From Kiritimatiellia bacterium (GTDB taxonomy: Bacteria > Verrucomicrobiota > Kiritimatiellia > UBA8416): DNA of 38,426 bases. The notes under the pieces are model-generated. The model saw nothing but the letters and a program-made list of their open reading frames with translations. It made no database searches and was not told the origin of the DNA. The DNA lies in contig JBLRXB010000002.1 of assembly GCA_047920915.1 (NCBI GenBank), forward strand, positions 1 through 38,426, in the 5' to 3' direction. Below are positions 24,101 through 31,983 of the stretch, piece after piece; position 1 is the first letter of the stretch; each line of letters begins with the position of its first letter. The position numbers and the translations under genes were made by a program.

Positions 24101-24654
24101 GCTTCGGGCACATCAGCCACACGGCCAACTTGCCAGTCATGCAGCATCTCGGGACGATAGACTTGATAGTCATCATATAGTTTGGCCAATGTGCCAGCAA
24201 GCTGCATCCGCCAGCGACCTTGCTTGGCTGCTTGCAAACCGGACATTGCACCGGACGCTGCCAAATACCGTTGCAAAGGCGCGTATTCGGAACGCGCCAG
24301 AATCGAGCCCTGCTGCAGGATGCCAAAAATCCGCCACTGCATCGCTCCCACGGAAAACGGATGTGCCGCCGCATCACGCTTTTCGTCCGGCTGCTTCATC
24401 CAAAAGAGCCAGTCATTTACAAATGCATAAAGCATCTGCGTGCGCGTATTCGTCAGAATCCGCATGCCATGGGCGGGGTGATCCAGCAGTAGATACTGTT
24501 CCAACCAATGCTGCATGGGTGGCTCCGGCAACACAATACAGTGCTCTTGCGCAAAGACGGCTGACGGAGCATCCACCGTCTCCGCCGCAAGATTTGCCGC
24601 TAAACGCTGCCCCAACCGCTCCAGTTGATTACTCCAGTATAATCGCAAATGCAT
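21154..24654 (-). CDS. recC: exodeoxyribonuclease V gamma subunit
   Basis: 1166 aa with the N-terminus MHLRLYWSNQLERLGQRLA typical of RecC. It sits directly upstream of recB with an 8-nt overlap (ATGCTTGA). Confidence 0.92.
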   Translation of the reverse strand: MHLRLYWSNQLERLGQRLAANLAAETVDAPSAVFAQEHCIVLPEPPMQHWLEQYLLLDHPAHGMRILTNTRTQMLYAFVNDWLFWMKQPDEKRDAAAHPFSVGAMQWRIFGILQQGSILARSEYAPLQRYLAASGAMSGLQAAKQGRWRMQLAGTLAKLYDDYQVYRPEMLHDWQVGRVADVPEALCWQPALWREMTRDGLSAQTYLQAFLDLSTDLPHCRIAARHPAVHVFGVSMMPTVYMTFFRLLGRLLPVHLYVFNPSRDQWDGALTPRQVAKESLRLEGVVDTDALLACQNPFLADMGRGCRNFLGQILDATDVHATDDFGCQADTTLLGMLQNAVLDNTQPGLVADPAVSHPDWPASESVAPSILVHSCHSPMRELEVLRDCIYRWFEQDPGLQPRQIQVLVADMETYGPYIDAVFAVDRSSDANGLIPYAVMDRRSSGENAVATAFDQLLRLPESRFTAMDVMDLLQFESIHLRFGIADDDLPVIGSWIQESGIRWGQDAGQRAELTGVAFTEQTTWQHGLDRLLVGYALTEASAYDRVGVLPCDRVEGEQAVLLGKLVRFVDALQFRARDMHAELRTPAVWVDYLQQCMDQFFVRTEATYLDVVGLRRAVDGLQRSSAAAGYEGKIGIEVVRDLLSSATCATARGTQSGNKVLFCNLRTGAAAPRPYLCLLGMGDGCFPRPDNRPAYDLLRQGSRYGDPSLRTADRAAFLEAFMAVRKHLHISYVGQDNMVNQKMPAATVVNQLCEYAGKYFGKAGGDCVPIIEHKLHPFHPAYFNPEQEGYFSYDRENYIAATFVAREGHDQQSSLAVGHAANSEPMGFAVQPQASGLSGPGRIGAQAASAVPAVELDALLRFFKNPARAFYTQTLKVRLEQYDTLQLSEDEVFAPDMLEGWQVNARIVDAICRGEHPDGVYWQLCETGIVPLGGWGKSWFTATWEEIYEVLSTTSKHDARPILTWLQEQVPLWPENIDVATASFRISGNAKGLRDVEQGVSALDYRYGSAKVHEVLASWIRHLFVCASGQPESRICLHRKKDKPFDVVFGPLSASDAQLHLETIGRYYAGGLRQCLAFTPEMAFAYIQAEVENRLPGKKEKDPFEMAERQWYSGYMHFGNDQDPYYRAAFGERVPLDHPDFVPTATAIWGPVWQAIEASAKEGADA

Positions 24655-24718
24655 CTATCAAAAATACTCGACTCCCCGCCCGCTAACAAGCAAACTTCAC
24701 CATAATCCCAGCTTGAAA

Positions 24719-25702
24719 TCATCGGGCGTTCGTAAATGGCATTTGGATGAGACGATGCTCCCGGGCATAATCCTGCAACTGCTCGACCCGTACAGTATGC
24801 GCGGGATTGGAGACAAGTGCCAGATACACGATCACACCACCCTCTCTGCCCAAATCTGCCAGCTGCACCACGGGATCTTCACAATCCGCAACCGGATACT
24901 TTTCACCGTCACGCCGCGCATACCGTTCAAGCATCGGCAAAACAGCATTACCCCCCTCATACAAAATCACATCCGCCTGTCCCATCTGCCTGACCGCACG
25001 TACGGTCAAATCATCAGGATCATAGGACGCGATCGAAATGATGTAGAGAACATCCTGCCGCGAACGGTTAGCAGCTGCCGCAAGCGCACTTTCGATCCAT
25101 GATTCCGCCTCACTGTGCCTATTCTCGCTCAGCATGCGACCGACCGGCCCTCGTATGACCCGCTCCCAAAACAAGCGCCGCCGCTGTACATCCGGCAGTT
25201 TTTTCCGAACAACCGGTGTCTGCTTTTTAATACATGCCAGCAATGGTTCAATACCATCAGGCAAAATCTGCTCAAAATCCTGTTTCAGCAGGCGCGCAAT
25301 AACGGGCGATACGCCCCCCGTTGATATGGCAACCTGTAGCACACCGCGACGAATCATCGCCGGAAAAATAAAATCGCAGAGCGGCGGATTATCCACGACA
25401 TTCACCCACAGACCCGCCGCCCGGGCATCGGCGGCAATCTGCTCTCCCGTGGCGCTGTCGCCGGTTGCCGCAACGACAATATCGCACCCCTGCAAAAGAT
25501 TCGCCGAATACGCCTGCTGGATAAGTTGACAATCATAACGCAAGGCAAGCATACGGACACTTTCTCCAAACGCAAGTGCCACCACGGTGACCTGGGCACC
25601 TGAACCCGCCAAGGTCTCAAGCTTCGCGGCAGCAATTGCACCACCTCCAATAAGCAGCACGCGCAGCCGCTCACCTTTTATGAATACAGGAAAATAACGC
25701 AT
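24719..25702 (-). CDS. siroheme-synthase-like protein: precorrin-2 dehydrogenase/ferrochelatase domain plus truncated, motif-degenerate methyltransferase-like tail
   Basis: The start is at the ATG at 25702 (MRYFPVFIKGERLRVLLIGGGAIAAAKLETL, which matches the CysG-B/SirC Rossmann region). From aa ~229 of the tracked ORF (nt 25051 downward), VLYIISIASYDPDDLTVRAVRQMGQADVILYEG aligns to the start of the CysG-A methylase. GAGPGD and GGDP are not conserved, and the protein stops about half-way through that domain. Confidence 0.75.
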   Translation of the reverse strand: MRYFPVFIKGERLRVLLIGGGAIAAAKLETLAGSGAQVTVVALAFGESVRMLALRYDCQLIQQAYSANLLQGCDIVVAATGDSATGEQIAADARAAGLWVNVVDNPPLCDFIFPAMIRRGVLQVAISTGGVSPVIARLLKQDFEQILPDGIEPLLACIKKQTPVVRKKLPDVQRRRLFWERVIRGPVGRMLSENRHSEAESWIESALAAAANRSRQDVLYIISIASYDPDDLTVRAVRQMGQADVILYEGGNAVLPMLERYARRDGEKYPVADCEDPVVQLADLGREGGVIVYLALVSNPAHTVRVEQLQDYAREHRLIQMPFTNAR

Positions 25703-25919
25703 TTGACAGATCTCCGTGTAGGTATATCGCAGCATGGCACACCCGCCAAAGCCCTGACAATCCTAAACGCATCTGATAAGTTGCCTTGGGCCCATGTTCT
25801 ATGCTACAAATCTTGCTTTACTAACAGCGTCAGCAGGAATAAAACGTACATCCCCTGTAGCACTTGCAGGGTTGGAAATGAATGAAAGAGACATTTATCA
25901 ATTCGACAGAAAGACTTGC

Positions 25920-27239
25920 ATGGATACGCAAAACGTTGTGGCCCTTATTGAAGAGAAGAAAGCCCGCATCGGCATCATCGGGCTCGGGTATGTAGGCTTA
26001 CCCCTCCTACTGGAATTTGCCAAGGCAGGATTTCCTGTGGCAGGATTCGATGTCGACGATACCAAAATCGAGCAAATCGCGTTAGGCAAATCCTATATTC
26101 GACATATCCCGTCGCACACCATCAAAGAACATCTGGCCGCCAATGAACAGTATTTCGGCACCACCGATTTTTCGCGGGTACCCGAGTGTACGGCCTTGTT
26201 GATATGCGTACCCACCCCCCTGACCGCGCATCGCGACCCGGATCTGTCGTATGTGATCAAAACAGGGCAATTGATTGCGCCATACCTGCAACCGGGACAA
26301 CTCGTCACCCTTGAATCCACGACCTACCCGGGCACGACCGAGGACGAACTGGTGCCCATTCTGGAAAAAGGCAGTAAACTGAAAGCCGGCAAAGACTTCT
26401 ATGTGGCGTATTCACCCGAACGCGAAGATCCCAACAACAAGGACTTTACTACGGCTACCATTCCAAAAGTGCTCGGCGGGATCGATGCCGATTCCCTCGC
26501 CGTTGCCACTGCCGTCTACCAGGCCGTCATCTGCAAATTGGTTCCAGTCTCCAATTGCCGCACCGCAGAAGCGGCCAAATTGATGGAAAACATCTTTCGC
26601 TGCGTCAATATCGCACTGGTGAATGAACTGAAGGTCGTATTCAGCGCCATGCAGATCGATATCTGGGAAGTGGTCCGGGCCGCATCAACCAAACCTTTCG
26701 GATTCATGCCGTTCTATCCTGGCCCGGGTCTCGGCGGACACTGCATCCCCATCGACCCCTTTTACCTGACATGGAAAGCCCGCGAATACGGCATTGCCTC
26801 CCGCTTTATCGAACTTGCCGGCGAGGTAAACACCGGCATGCCGGGGTATGTCGTACAGCGCACCATGCTGGCACTAAATACACAAGGCAAACCCCTGCAA
26901 GGGAGTCGCATCCTATTATTGGGTCTGGCCTACAAAAAGAATGTGGACGACGACCGCGAAAGCCCGACCTATGTGATATGGGAGCAACTACTGGAACACG
27001 GTGCCACCGTATCATACCATGACCCCTATTGCCCTGTCGTGCGCCCCAGTCGCGAACATAAACAATTTGCAGGCATTGCCAGTGTTCCGCTGGAGGACGT
27101 GACCGCAGAGAATTTCGATGCTGTCATTATTACCACGGGACACGATTGCATCGACCATGATGCGCTTGCGAAAGATCTGCCGCTTGTCATTGACACACGC
27201 GGGGTCTGCAAACCTGCCGCAAATATACAACAAGCCTGA
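25920..27239 (+). CDS. nucleotide-sugar 6-dehydrogenase (UDP-GlcNAc/UDP-ManNAc dehydrogenase family)
   Basis: ARIGIIGLGYVGLPLLLEFAKAGFPVAGFDVD (Rossmann), GKSYIRHIPS, the catalytic region GPGLGGHCIPIDPFYL, and the LLGLAYKKNVDDDRESP motif. The start chosen is the ATG at 25920 (439 aa). The ATGs at 25878 or 25794 are possible alternatives. Confidence 0.88.
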   Translation: MDTQNVVALIEEKKARIGIIGLGYVGLPLLLEFAKAGFPVAGFDVDDTKIEQIALGKSYIRHIPSHTIKEHLAANEQYFGTTDFSRVPECTALLICVPTPLTAHRDPDLSYVIKTGQLIAPYLQPGQLVTLESTTYPGTTEDELVPILEKGSKLKAGKDFYVAYSPEREDPNNKDFTTATIPKVLGGIDADSLAVATAVYQAVICKLVPVSNCRTAEAAKLMENIFRCVNIALVNELKVVFSAMQIDIWEVVRAASTKPFGFMPFYPGPGLGGHCIPIDPFYLTWKAREYGIASRFIELAGEVNTGMPGYVVQRTMLALNTQGKPLQGSRILLLGLAYKKNVDDDRESPTYVIWEQLLEHGATVSYHDPYCPVVRPSREHKQFAGIASVPLEDVTAENFDAVIITTGHDCIDHDALAKDLPLVIDTRGVCKPAANIQQA

Positions 27240-27263
27240 CCACACGAAATCTGGAGACAACCC

Positions 27264-28226
27264 ATGAAAATACTGGTAACAGGCACCGCAGGCTTTATCG
27301 GCATGCATCTGGCGCATCGACTGCTCAATGGCGGGCATGAAGTCGTCGGCATCGATAACTTTAACGATTATTATGATGTCTCCCTCAAGGAAAATCGTCA
27401 TCGCACACTCGAAACACGCGCCGGGTACACCGGCATGCGCATCGATTTGTGCGATCGCGCCGCTCTGGATACGTGTTTCGCCGAACACAGCATTGACAGG
27501 GTCTGCAATCTGGCCGCCCAGGCGGGTGTGCGCTACTCCCTGACCCATCCGCATGTCTATCAGGAAAGTAATCTCCAAGGATTTCTCAATATTCTCGAGT
27601 GCTGTCGCCACGCAAAGATAACGCGCCTCGTCTATGCATCTAGCTCCAGCGTCTATGGTGGAAACACAAAACTACCCTTTAGCGAATCAGATGCCGTTGA
27701 TGCACCTGTCAGCCTCTATGCAGCAACCAAAAAGGCCAATGAGTTAATGGCCCACTGCTATACCCATCTCTACGGATTCCAGACCATCGGCCTTCGCTTC
27801 TTTACCGTCTACGGACCATGGGGCCGACCCGATATGGCCATGTGGCTATTCACCAAGGCCATGCTCGAAGGACGCCCGATCCAAGTCTTTAATCACGGCA
27901 AGATGCAGCGCGACTTTACCTATGTTGATGATATCATCACGGGCGTCGAACGGAGCCTCTTGCAGGAACAGAACCTGGACCCGTACGAAATCCTCAATAT
28001 CGGCAATCACCGCAGCGAAAACCTGCTAGATATGATCGATCTGCTGTCTCAATCGCTCGGCGTTACCCCCCAGATGGAAATGCTACCCATGCAACCGGGA
28101 GACGTTCCAGCTACCTATGCCGATATCACACGTATCGAGTCGAAACTCGGCTTCGCACCTACGACCCCCATTTCTCAAGGCATTCCCCGTTTTGTGGAGT
28201 GGTACCGTTCCTATCATAACTGCTAG
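27264..28226 (+). CDS. NAD-dependent SDR epimerase (UDP-glucuronate 4-epimerase-like)
   Basis: MKILVTGTAGFIGMHLAHRLL, IDNFNDYYD, the catalytic YAATKKANE (YxxxK), and FFTVYGPWGRPDMA, which is typical of the CapI/UDP-GlcA 4-epimerase group. Confidence 0.85.
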   Translation: MKILVTGTAGFIGMHLAHRLLNGGHEVVGIDNFNDYYDVSLKENRHRTLETRAGYTGMRIDLCDRAALDTCFAEHSIDRVCNLAAQAGVRYSLTHPHVYQESNLQGFLNILECCRHAKITRLVYASSSSVYGGNTKLPFSESDAVDAPVSLYAATKKANELMAHCYTHLYGFQTIGLRFFTVYGPWGRPDMAMWLFTKAMLEGRPIQVFNHGKMQRDFTYVDDIITGVERSLLQEQNLDPYEILNIGNHRSENLLDMIDLLSQSLGVTPQMEMLPMQPGDVPATYADITRIESKLGFAPTTPISQGIPRFVEWYRSYHNC

Positions 28227-28249
28227 CAGACACATATCCAGGAAGCATC

Positions 28250-30196
28250 ATGAACATATTCGTACCCGGCAGAATCTGCCTCTTTGGCGAACACAGCGAC
28301 TGGGCGGGCGGCTATCGCCGTATCAATGCCGACATTGAAAAAGGCTATACAATCATCACGGGCACCAACCAAGGTATTTATGCCGACGTCAAGCAACACC
28401 CCTCCCGCTTTATTTTCCATGCCCTGAACCATGCCGGCAACCTGGAAACCTATGATCTGCCAATGGATAGCACGGCCCTGCTGGAGGCAGCCGAAGGCGG
28501 CGGCTTTATCAGCTACGCCGCTGGCGTCGCCTATCAGGTGTTAACCAACTACCGCGTGCGCGGCATCGAAATCACCAACACCAAAATGGACTTGCCGCTC
28601 AAGAAAGGCCTCTCCAGTAGTGCTGCCGTGTGTGTCCTCACGGCGCGAGCTTTTAACCGCGTGTACGACCTGAAACTGACCGTGCGCGGGGAGATGGAAC
28701 TAGCCTACCTGGGCGAAATCACCACACCATCGCGGTGCGGACGCATGGACCAGGGGTGTGCCTATGGAAACCGACCCATCCTCATGACATACGATGGCGA
28801 CCGGCTGGATGTGCAGGAACTCTCGGTACCACAAAGTTTGCACTACATTATCGTAGATCTTAAAGCCAGTAAGGACACCAAGGAAATCTTAAACCGCTTG
28901 AATCATTGCTACCCTTTCGCCGACGACGACATTCAACGCGGCGTACAAAAGTACCTCGGCCCCACCAATCGCGATATCGTCAAGCGGGCCATATCAGCCT
29001 TGCGCCATGGTGATGCGGCCACGCTGGGAAGCCTGATGAATGAAGCCCAGGCCGCCTTCGACCAAGCCATGAAGCCCGCCTGTCCGAGCCAGCTCACAGC
29101 TCCTGTGCTGCATCGCCTACTCCAGCACGAACCGCTAAAACCCTTGCTCTACGGAGGCAAGGGGGTCGGCTCACAAGGCGACGGAACCGCACAACTACTC
29201 GCCCGCGATCGCAACGCCCAGCTCGCCGCCATCGACATCATCGAACGCGATCTGGGAATGTCATGCCTCGATCTGATTATTCACTCGGGACGTAAAGTCC
29301 GTAAAGCGGTTATCCCCGCAGCCGGATTCGGCACACGCTTATTCCCCGCCACAAAAGCCCTCAAAAAAGAACTCTTCCCGATCATCGACGGCGACGGCCG
29401 CGCCAAACCGGTCATTCTGGCCATTGTCGAGGAAGCCCTGAGCGCCGGCATCGAGGAAGTCTGCATCATTGTGCAATCCCAGGATCGCGAATTGTTCGAG
29501 GAAATCTTCTGTTCCCCACCGCCCATCGAGAATTTCAACAAACTGAGCCGCGAAAACCAGGATTATTGCCGCTACCTCATGGAGGTAGGCAATCGCATCA
29601 CTTTCCTCTCACAGGATTCGCAGGAAGGATTCGGACATGCCGTCTACTGCGCACGCAACTGGGTCCAGAACGAACCCTTTATGCTCCTGCTCGGCGATCA
29701 TCTCTACACCAGCCCAACCGACAAATCGTGCGCCCGGCAGCTCATGGACGTCTATGAGGAAAGCGGCCTCAGCGTCGTGGCAGTGGAAGAAACCCCAGCC
29801 GATCAGGTGCACCACTTCGGTTGCGTAACAGGTGCCTGGAAAAAACATAACCAGATTCTCAACATCAGTGAGTTTGCGGAAAAACCCACTGCAAGTTATG
29901 CACGGGAACACCTCGCGGTGGAAGAAATTCCAGAAGACTCCTTTTTAACCGTGTTTGGACAATACATCTTGAATCCGCGCATCTTTACCCTGCTCGAGGA
30001 TAACATCCAGCGGAACATGCGCGAACGCGGTGAATTCCAACTTACCTCATGCCTCGATCGATTGCGGCAAGAGGAAGGCTTCCAAGCCTGCCGGATCCAG
30101 GGTAAACGATTCGATATTGGAAACCCCATCGCTTACCAGCAAACCATCCAGGATTTTGCCGCGCATGACCAGCGCGGCACGGCTACCGAAGATTGA
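28250..30196 (+). CDS. bifunctional fusion: galactokinase-family GHMP sugar kinase (N) + GalU-like sugar-1-phosphate uridylyltransferase (C)
   Basis: The N-terminal domain has PGRICLFGEHSDW, PLKKGLSSSAAVCV, CGRMDQ and YGGKGVGSQGDG. From about nt 29300 the ORF continues into KAVIPAAGFGTRLFPATKALKKELFPIID and EGFGHAVYCA, collinear with GalU to the end. It is one uninterrupted 648-aa frame. Confidence 0.82.
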   Translation: MNIFVPGRICLFGEHSDWAGGYRRINADIEKGYTIITGTNQGIYADVKQHPSRFIFHALNHAGNLETYDLPMDSTALLEAAEGGGFISYAAGVAYQVLTNYRVRGIEITNTKMDLPLKKGLSSSAAVCVLTARAFNRVYDLKLTVRGEMELAYLGEITTPSRCGRMDQGCAYGNRPILMTYDGDRLDVQELSVPQSLHYIIVDLKASKDTKEILNRLNHCYPFADDDIQRGVQKYLGPTNRDIVKRAISALRHGDAATLGSLMNEAQAAFDQAMKPACPSQLTAPVLHRLLQHEPLKPLLYGGKGVGSQGDGTAQLLARDRNAQLAAIDIIERDLGMSCLDLIIHSGRKVRKAVIPAAGFGTRLFPATKALKKELFPIIDGDGRAKPVILAIVEEALSAGIEEVCIIVQSQDRELFEEIFCSPPPIENFNKLSRENQDYCRYLMEVGNRITFLSQDSQEGFGHAVYCARNWVQNEPFMLLLGDHLYTSPTDKSCARQLMDVYEESGLSVVAVEETPADQVHHFGCVTGAWKKHNQILNISEFAEKPTASYAREHLAVEEIPEDSFLTVFGQYILNPRIFTLLEDNIQRNMRERGEFQLTSCLDRLRQEEGFQACRIQGKRFDIGNPIAYQQTIQDFAAHDQRGTATED

Positions 30197-30221
30197 ACCC
30201 TGATAATAAAGTGATTTTTAC

Positions 30222-30851
30222 ATGCAAAAGCCACTAACACCTGAAAATATCAAATGGCACCCCAATCGTGTATCCATGCATGATCGCGCTAGCATCATGC
30301 AGCAAAAAGGGTGCGTGCTATGGATGACCGGTTTGAGCGGATCCGGCAAATCAACCTTGGCGGTCGAATTAGAGTCGACGCTTATGCAACAAGGACATGC
30401 CGCTTTTGTGCTCGATGGCGACAACGTCCGCCATGGCCTCAACGCTGACCTCGATTTCAGCCCATCCGGTCGACGCGAGAATATCCGCCGAATCGCCCAT
30501 GTAGCCGCTTTACTCGCCGATGCCGGAATCATCACGATTACGGCTTTCATCTCCCCATATGCCGAAGACCGGGCCGCCGCACGGCAAATCGTAAATACCG
30601 CTCGCGAAGAAACACGGGATCGCTTTCGCGAAGTATATGTCAACACCCCGCTGGAAATCTGCGAGCAACGCGACCCCAAGGCCCTCTATGCCAAGGCGCG
30701 GCGCGGCGAAATCACCAACTTCACCGGTATTCAAGCACCCTTTGAAGCCCCAGCAAAACCAGATATCAATATACCAGCGGGCACCCTCTCGATCCCCGAA
30801 TGCGTCACATTCGTGATGCAGCGCATACAGGATTTCCTTTCTGCAAAATAA
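30222..30851 (+). CDS. cysC: adenylyl-sulfate (APS) kinase
   Basis: [18 protein letters not shown] (P-loop), [29 protein letters not shown] and [16 protein letters not shown]. This is textbook CysC. Confidence 0.93.
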   Translation: MQKPLTPENIKWHPNRVSMHDRASIMQQKGCVLWMTGLSGSGKSTLAVELESTLMQQGHAAFVLDGDNVRHGLNADLDFSPSGRRENIRRIAHVAALLADAGIITITAFISPYAEDRAAARQIVNTAREETRDRFREVYVNTPLEICEQRDPKALYAKARRGEITNFTGIQAPFEAPAKPDINIPAGTLSIPECVTFVMQRIQDFLSAK

Positions 30852-30880
30852 TAAACTGCCGGCCGCACAACTAGTTCTAT

Positions 30881-30909
30881 TTGACGCTATGCAAAGTTTT
30901 TCGCATATT
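30881..30909 (+). promoter_or_regulatory. candidate internal promoter ahead of rfbB (TTGACG-17-CATATT)
   Basis: The -35 TTGACG is at 30881-30886, the spacer is 17 bp, and the -10 CATATT is at 30904-30909. The ATG at 30916 lies 6 nt after the -10 with no SD, the same geometry as the lexA candidate. This is hexamer matching only. Confidence 0.3.
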
Positions 30910-30915
30910 GCCGCC

Positions 30916-31983
30916 ATGCAAAATAAATCTCGTATTCTTATTACTGGAGGTGCCGGATTCATTGGATCTGCCCTCATCCGGTATCTGATCAAACATACTG
31001 ATCATCAGGTGTTGAATCTGGATGCTCTGACCTATGCCGGCAATCTCAGCTCGCTTCAAGAAGTTGAATCCAATCAACGCTACCGCTTTATCCAAGCCGA
31101 TATTGCCGACACCACCGCCGTCGAGCGCATCATCATGCAAGAAAAACCTGATGCCATCATGCATCTGGCGGCCGAATCCCACGTCGATCGATCGATCGAT
31201 GGACCGGCCGCTTTTGTCCAGACCAACGTCGTCGGCACCTTCAACTTGTTGCAGGCCGCGACGATCTACCGCAAAACGCTGGTGCCAGAAAAACAGCAAC
31301 AATTCCGATTTCTCCATATTTCCACGGATGAAGTCTACGGTTCCCTCGGTCCAACCGGGTTTTTCCATGAAGATACCCCCTATGCACCACGCTCACCCTA
31401 CTCCGCTAGCAAAGCGGCCTCGGATCACTTTGTCCAGGCTTGGTGGCATACCTACGGCTTACCCGTTCTCATGACCAATTGCTCCAATAATTACGGCCCC
31501 TACCACTTCCCCGAAAAACTTATCCCCCTCGTGCTGCTGAATGCGTTGCACGAAAAACCATTACCCGTTTACGGCAAGGGTGACAATGTGCGCGACTGGT
31601 TGTTTGTGGAGGATCATGCCACAGCCTTGTACCGCGTACTCTGCCAGGGAACCCCCGGCGAAAAGTACAACGTCGGCGGAAATTGTGAACGGACCAATCT
31701 CGAGGTCGTGCACACCATCTGCGATCTGCTCGATGCCAAACATCCGCGCTCCTCTGGCCAATCCTACCGCGAACTGATTACCTTTGTTACGGATCGCCCC
31801 GGTCACGACCAGCGCTATGCCATTGACGCCGGAAAAATCAAAAATCAACTGGGATGGGAACCTGCCCACACCTTCGAAACCGGCATGGATGCCACCGTCG
31901 AATGGTATCTGATGAACGACTGGTGGTGGCGCCCTATACGCGAACAAAAATACGCGGGAGAGAGATTGGGAGGTAAATCATGA
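30916..31983 (+). CDS. rfbB: dTDP-glucose 4,6-dehydratase
   Basis: [25 protein letters not shown], the catalytic [10 protein letters not shown], and [18 protein letters not shown]. The start chosen is the ATG at 30916 (355 aa). The ORF-track start at 30889 is an alternative. Confidence 0.93.
   Translation: MQNKSRILITGGAGFIGSALIRYLIKHTDHQVLNLDALTYAGNLSSLQEVESNQRYRFIQADIADTTAVERIIMQEKPDAIMHLAAESHVDRSIDGPAAFVQTNVVGTFNLLQAATIYRKTLVPEKQQQFRFLHISTDEVYGSLGPTGFFHEDTPYAPRSPYSASKAASDHFVQAWWHTYGLPVLMTNCSNNYGPYHFPEKLIPLVLLNALHEKPLPVYGKGDNVRDWLFVEDHATALYRVLCQGTPGEKYNVGGNCERTNLEVVHTICDLLDAKHPRSSGQSYRELITFVTDRPGHDQRYAIDAGKIKNQLGWEPAHTFETGMDATVEWYLMNDWWWRPIREQKYAGERLGGKS

Noticed and set aside
25703-25708. 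Perfect TTGACA hexamers at 25703-25708, 12479-12484 and 4841-4846
   Set aside because: None has an acceptable -10 hexamer at 16-18 bp spacing. I did not call them as promoters.
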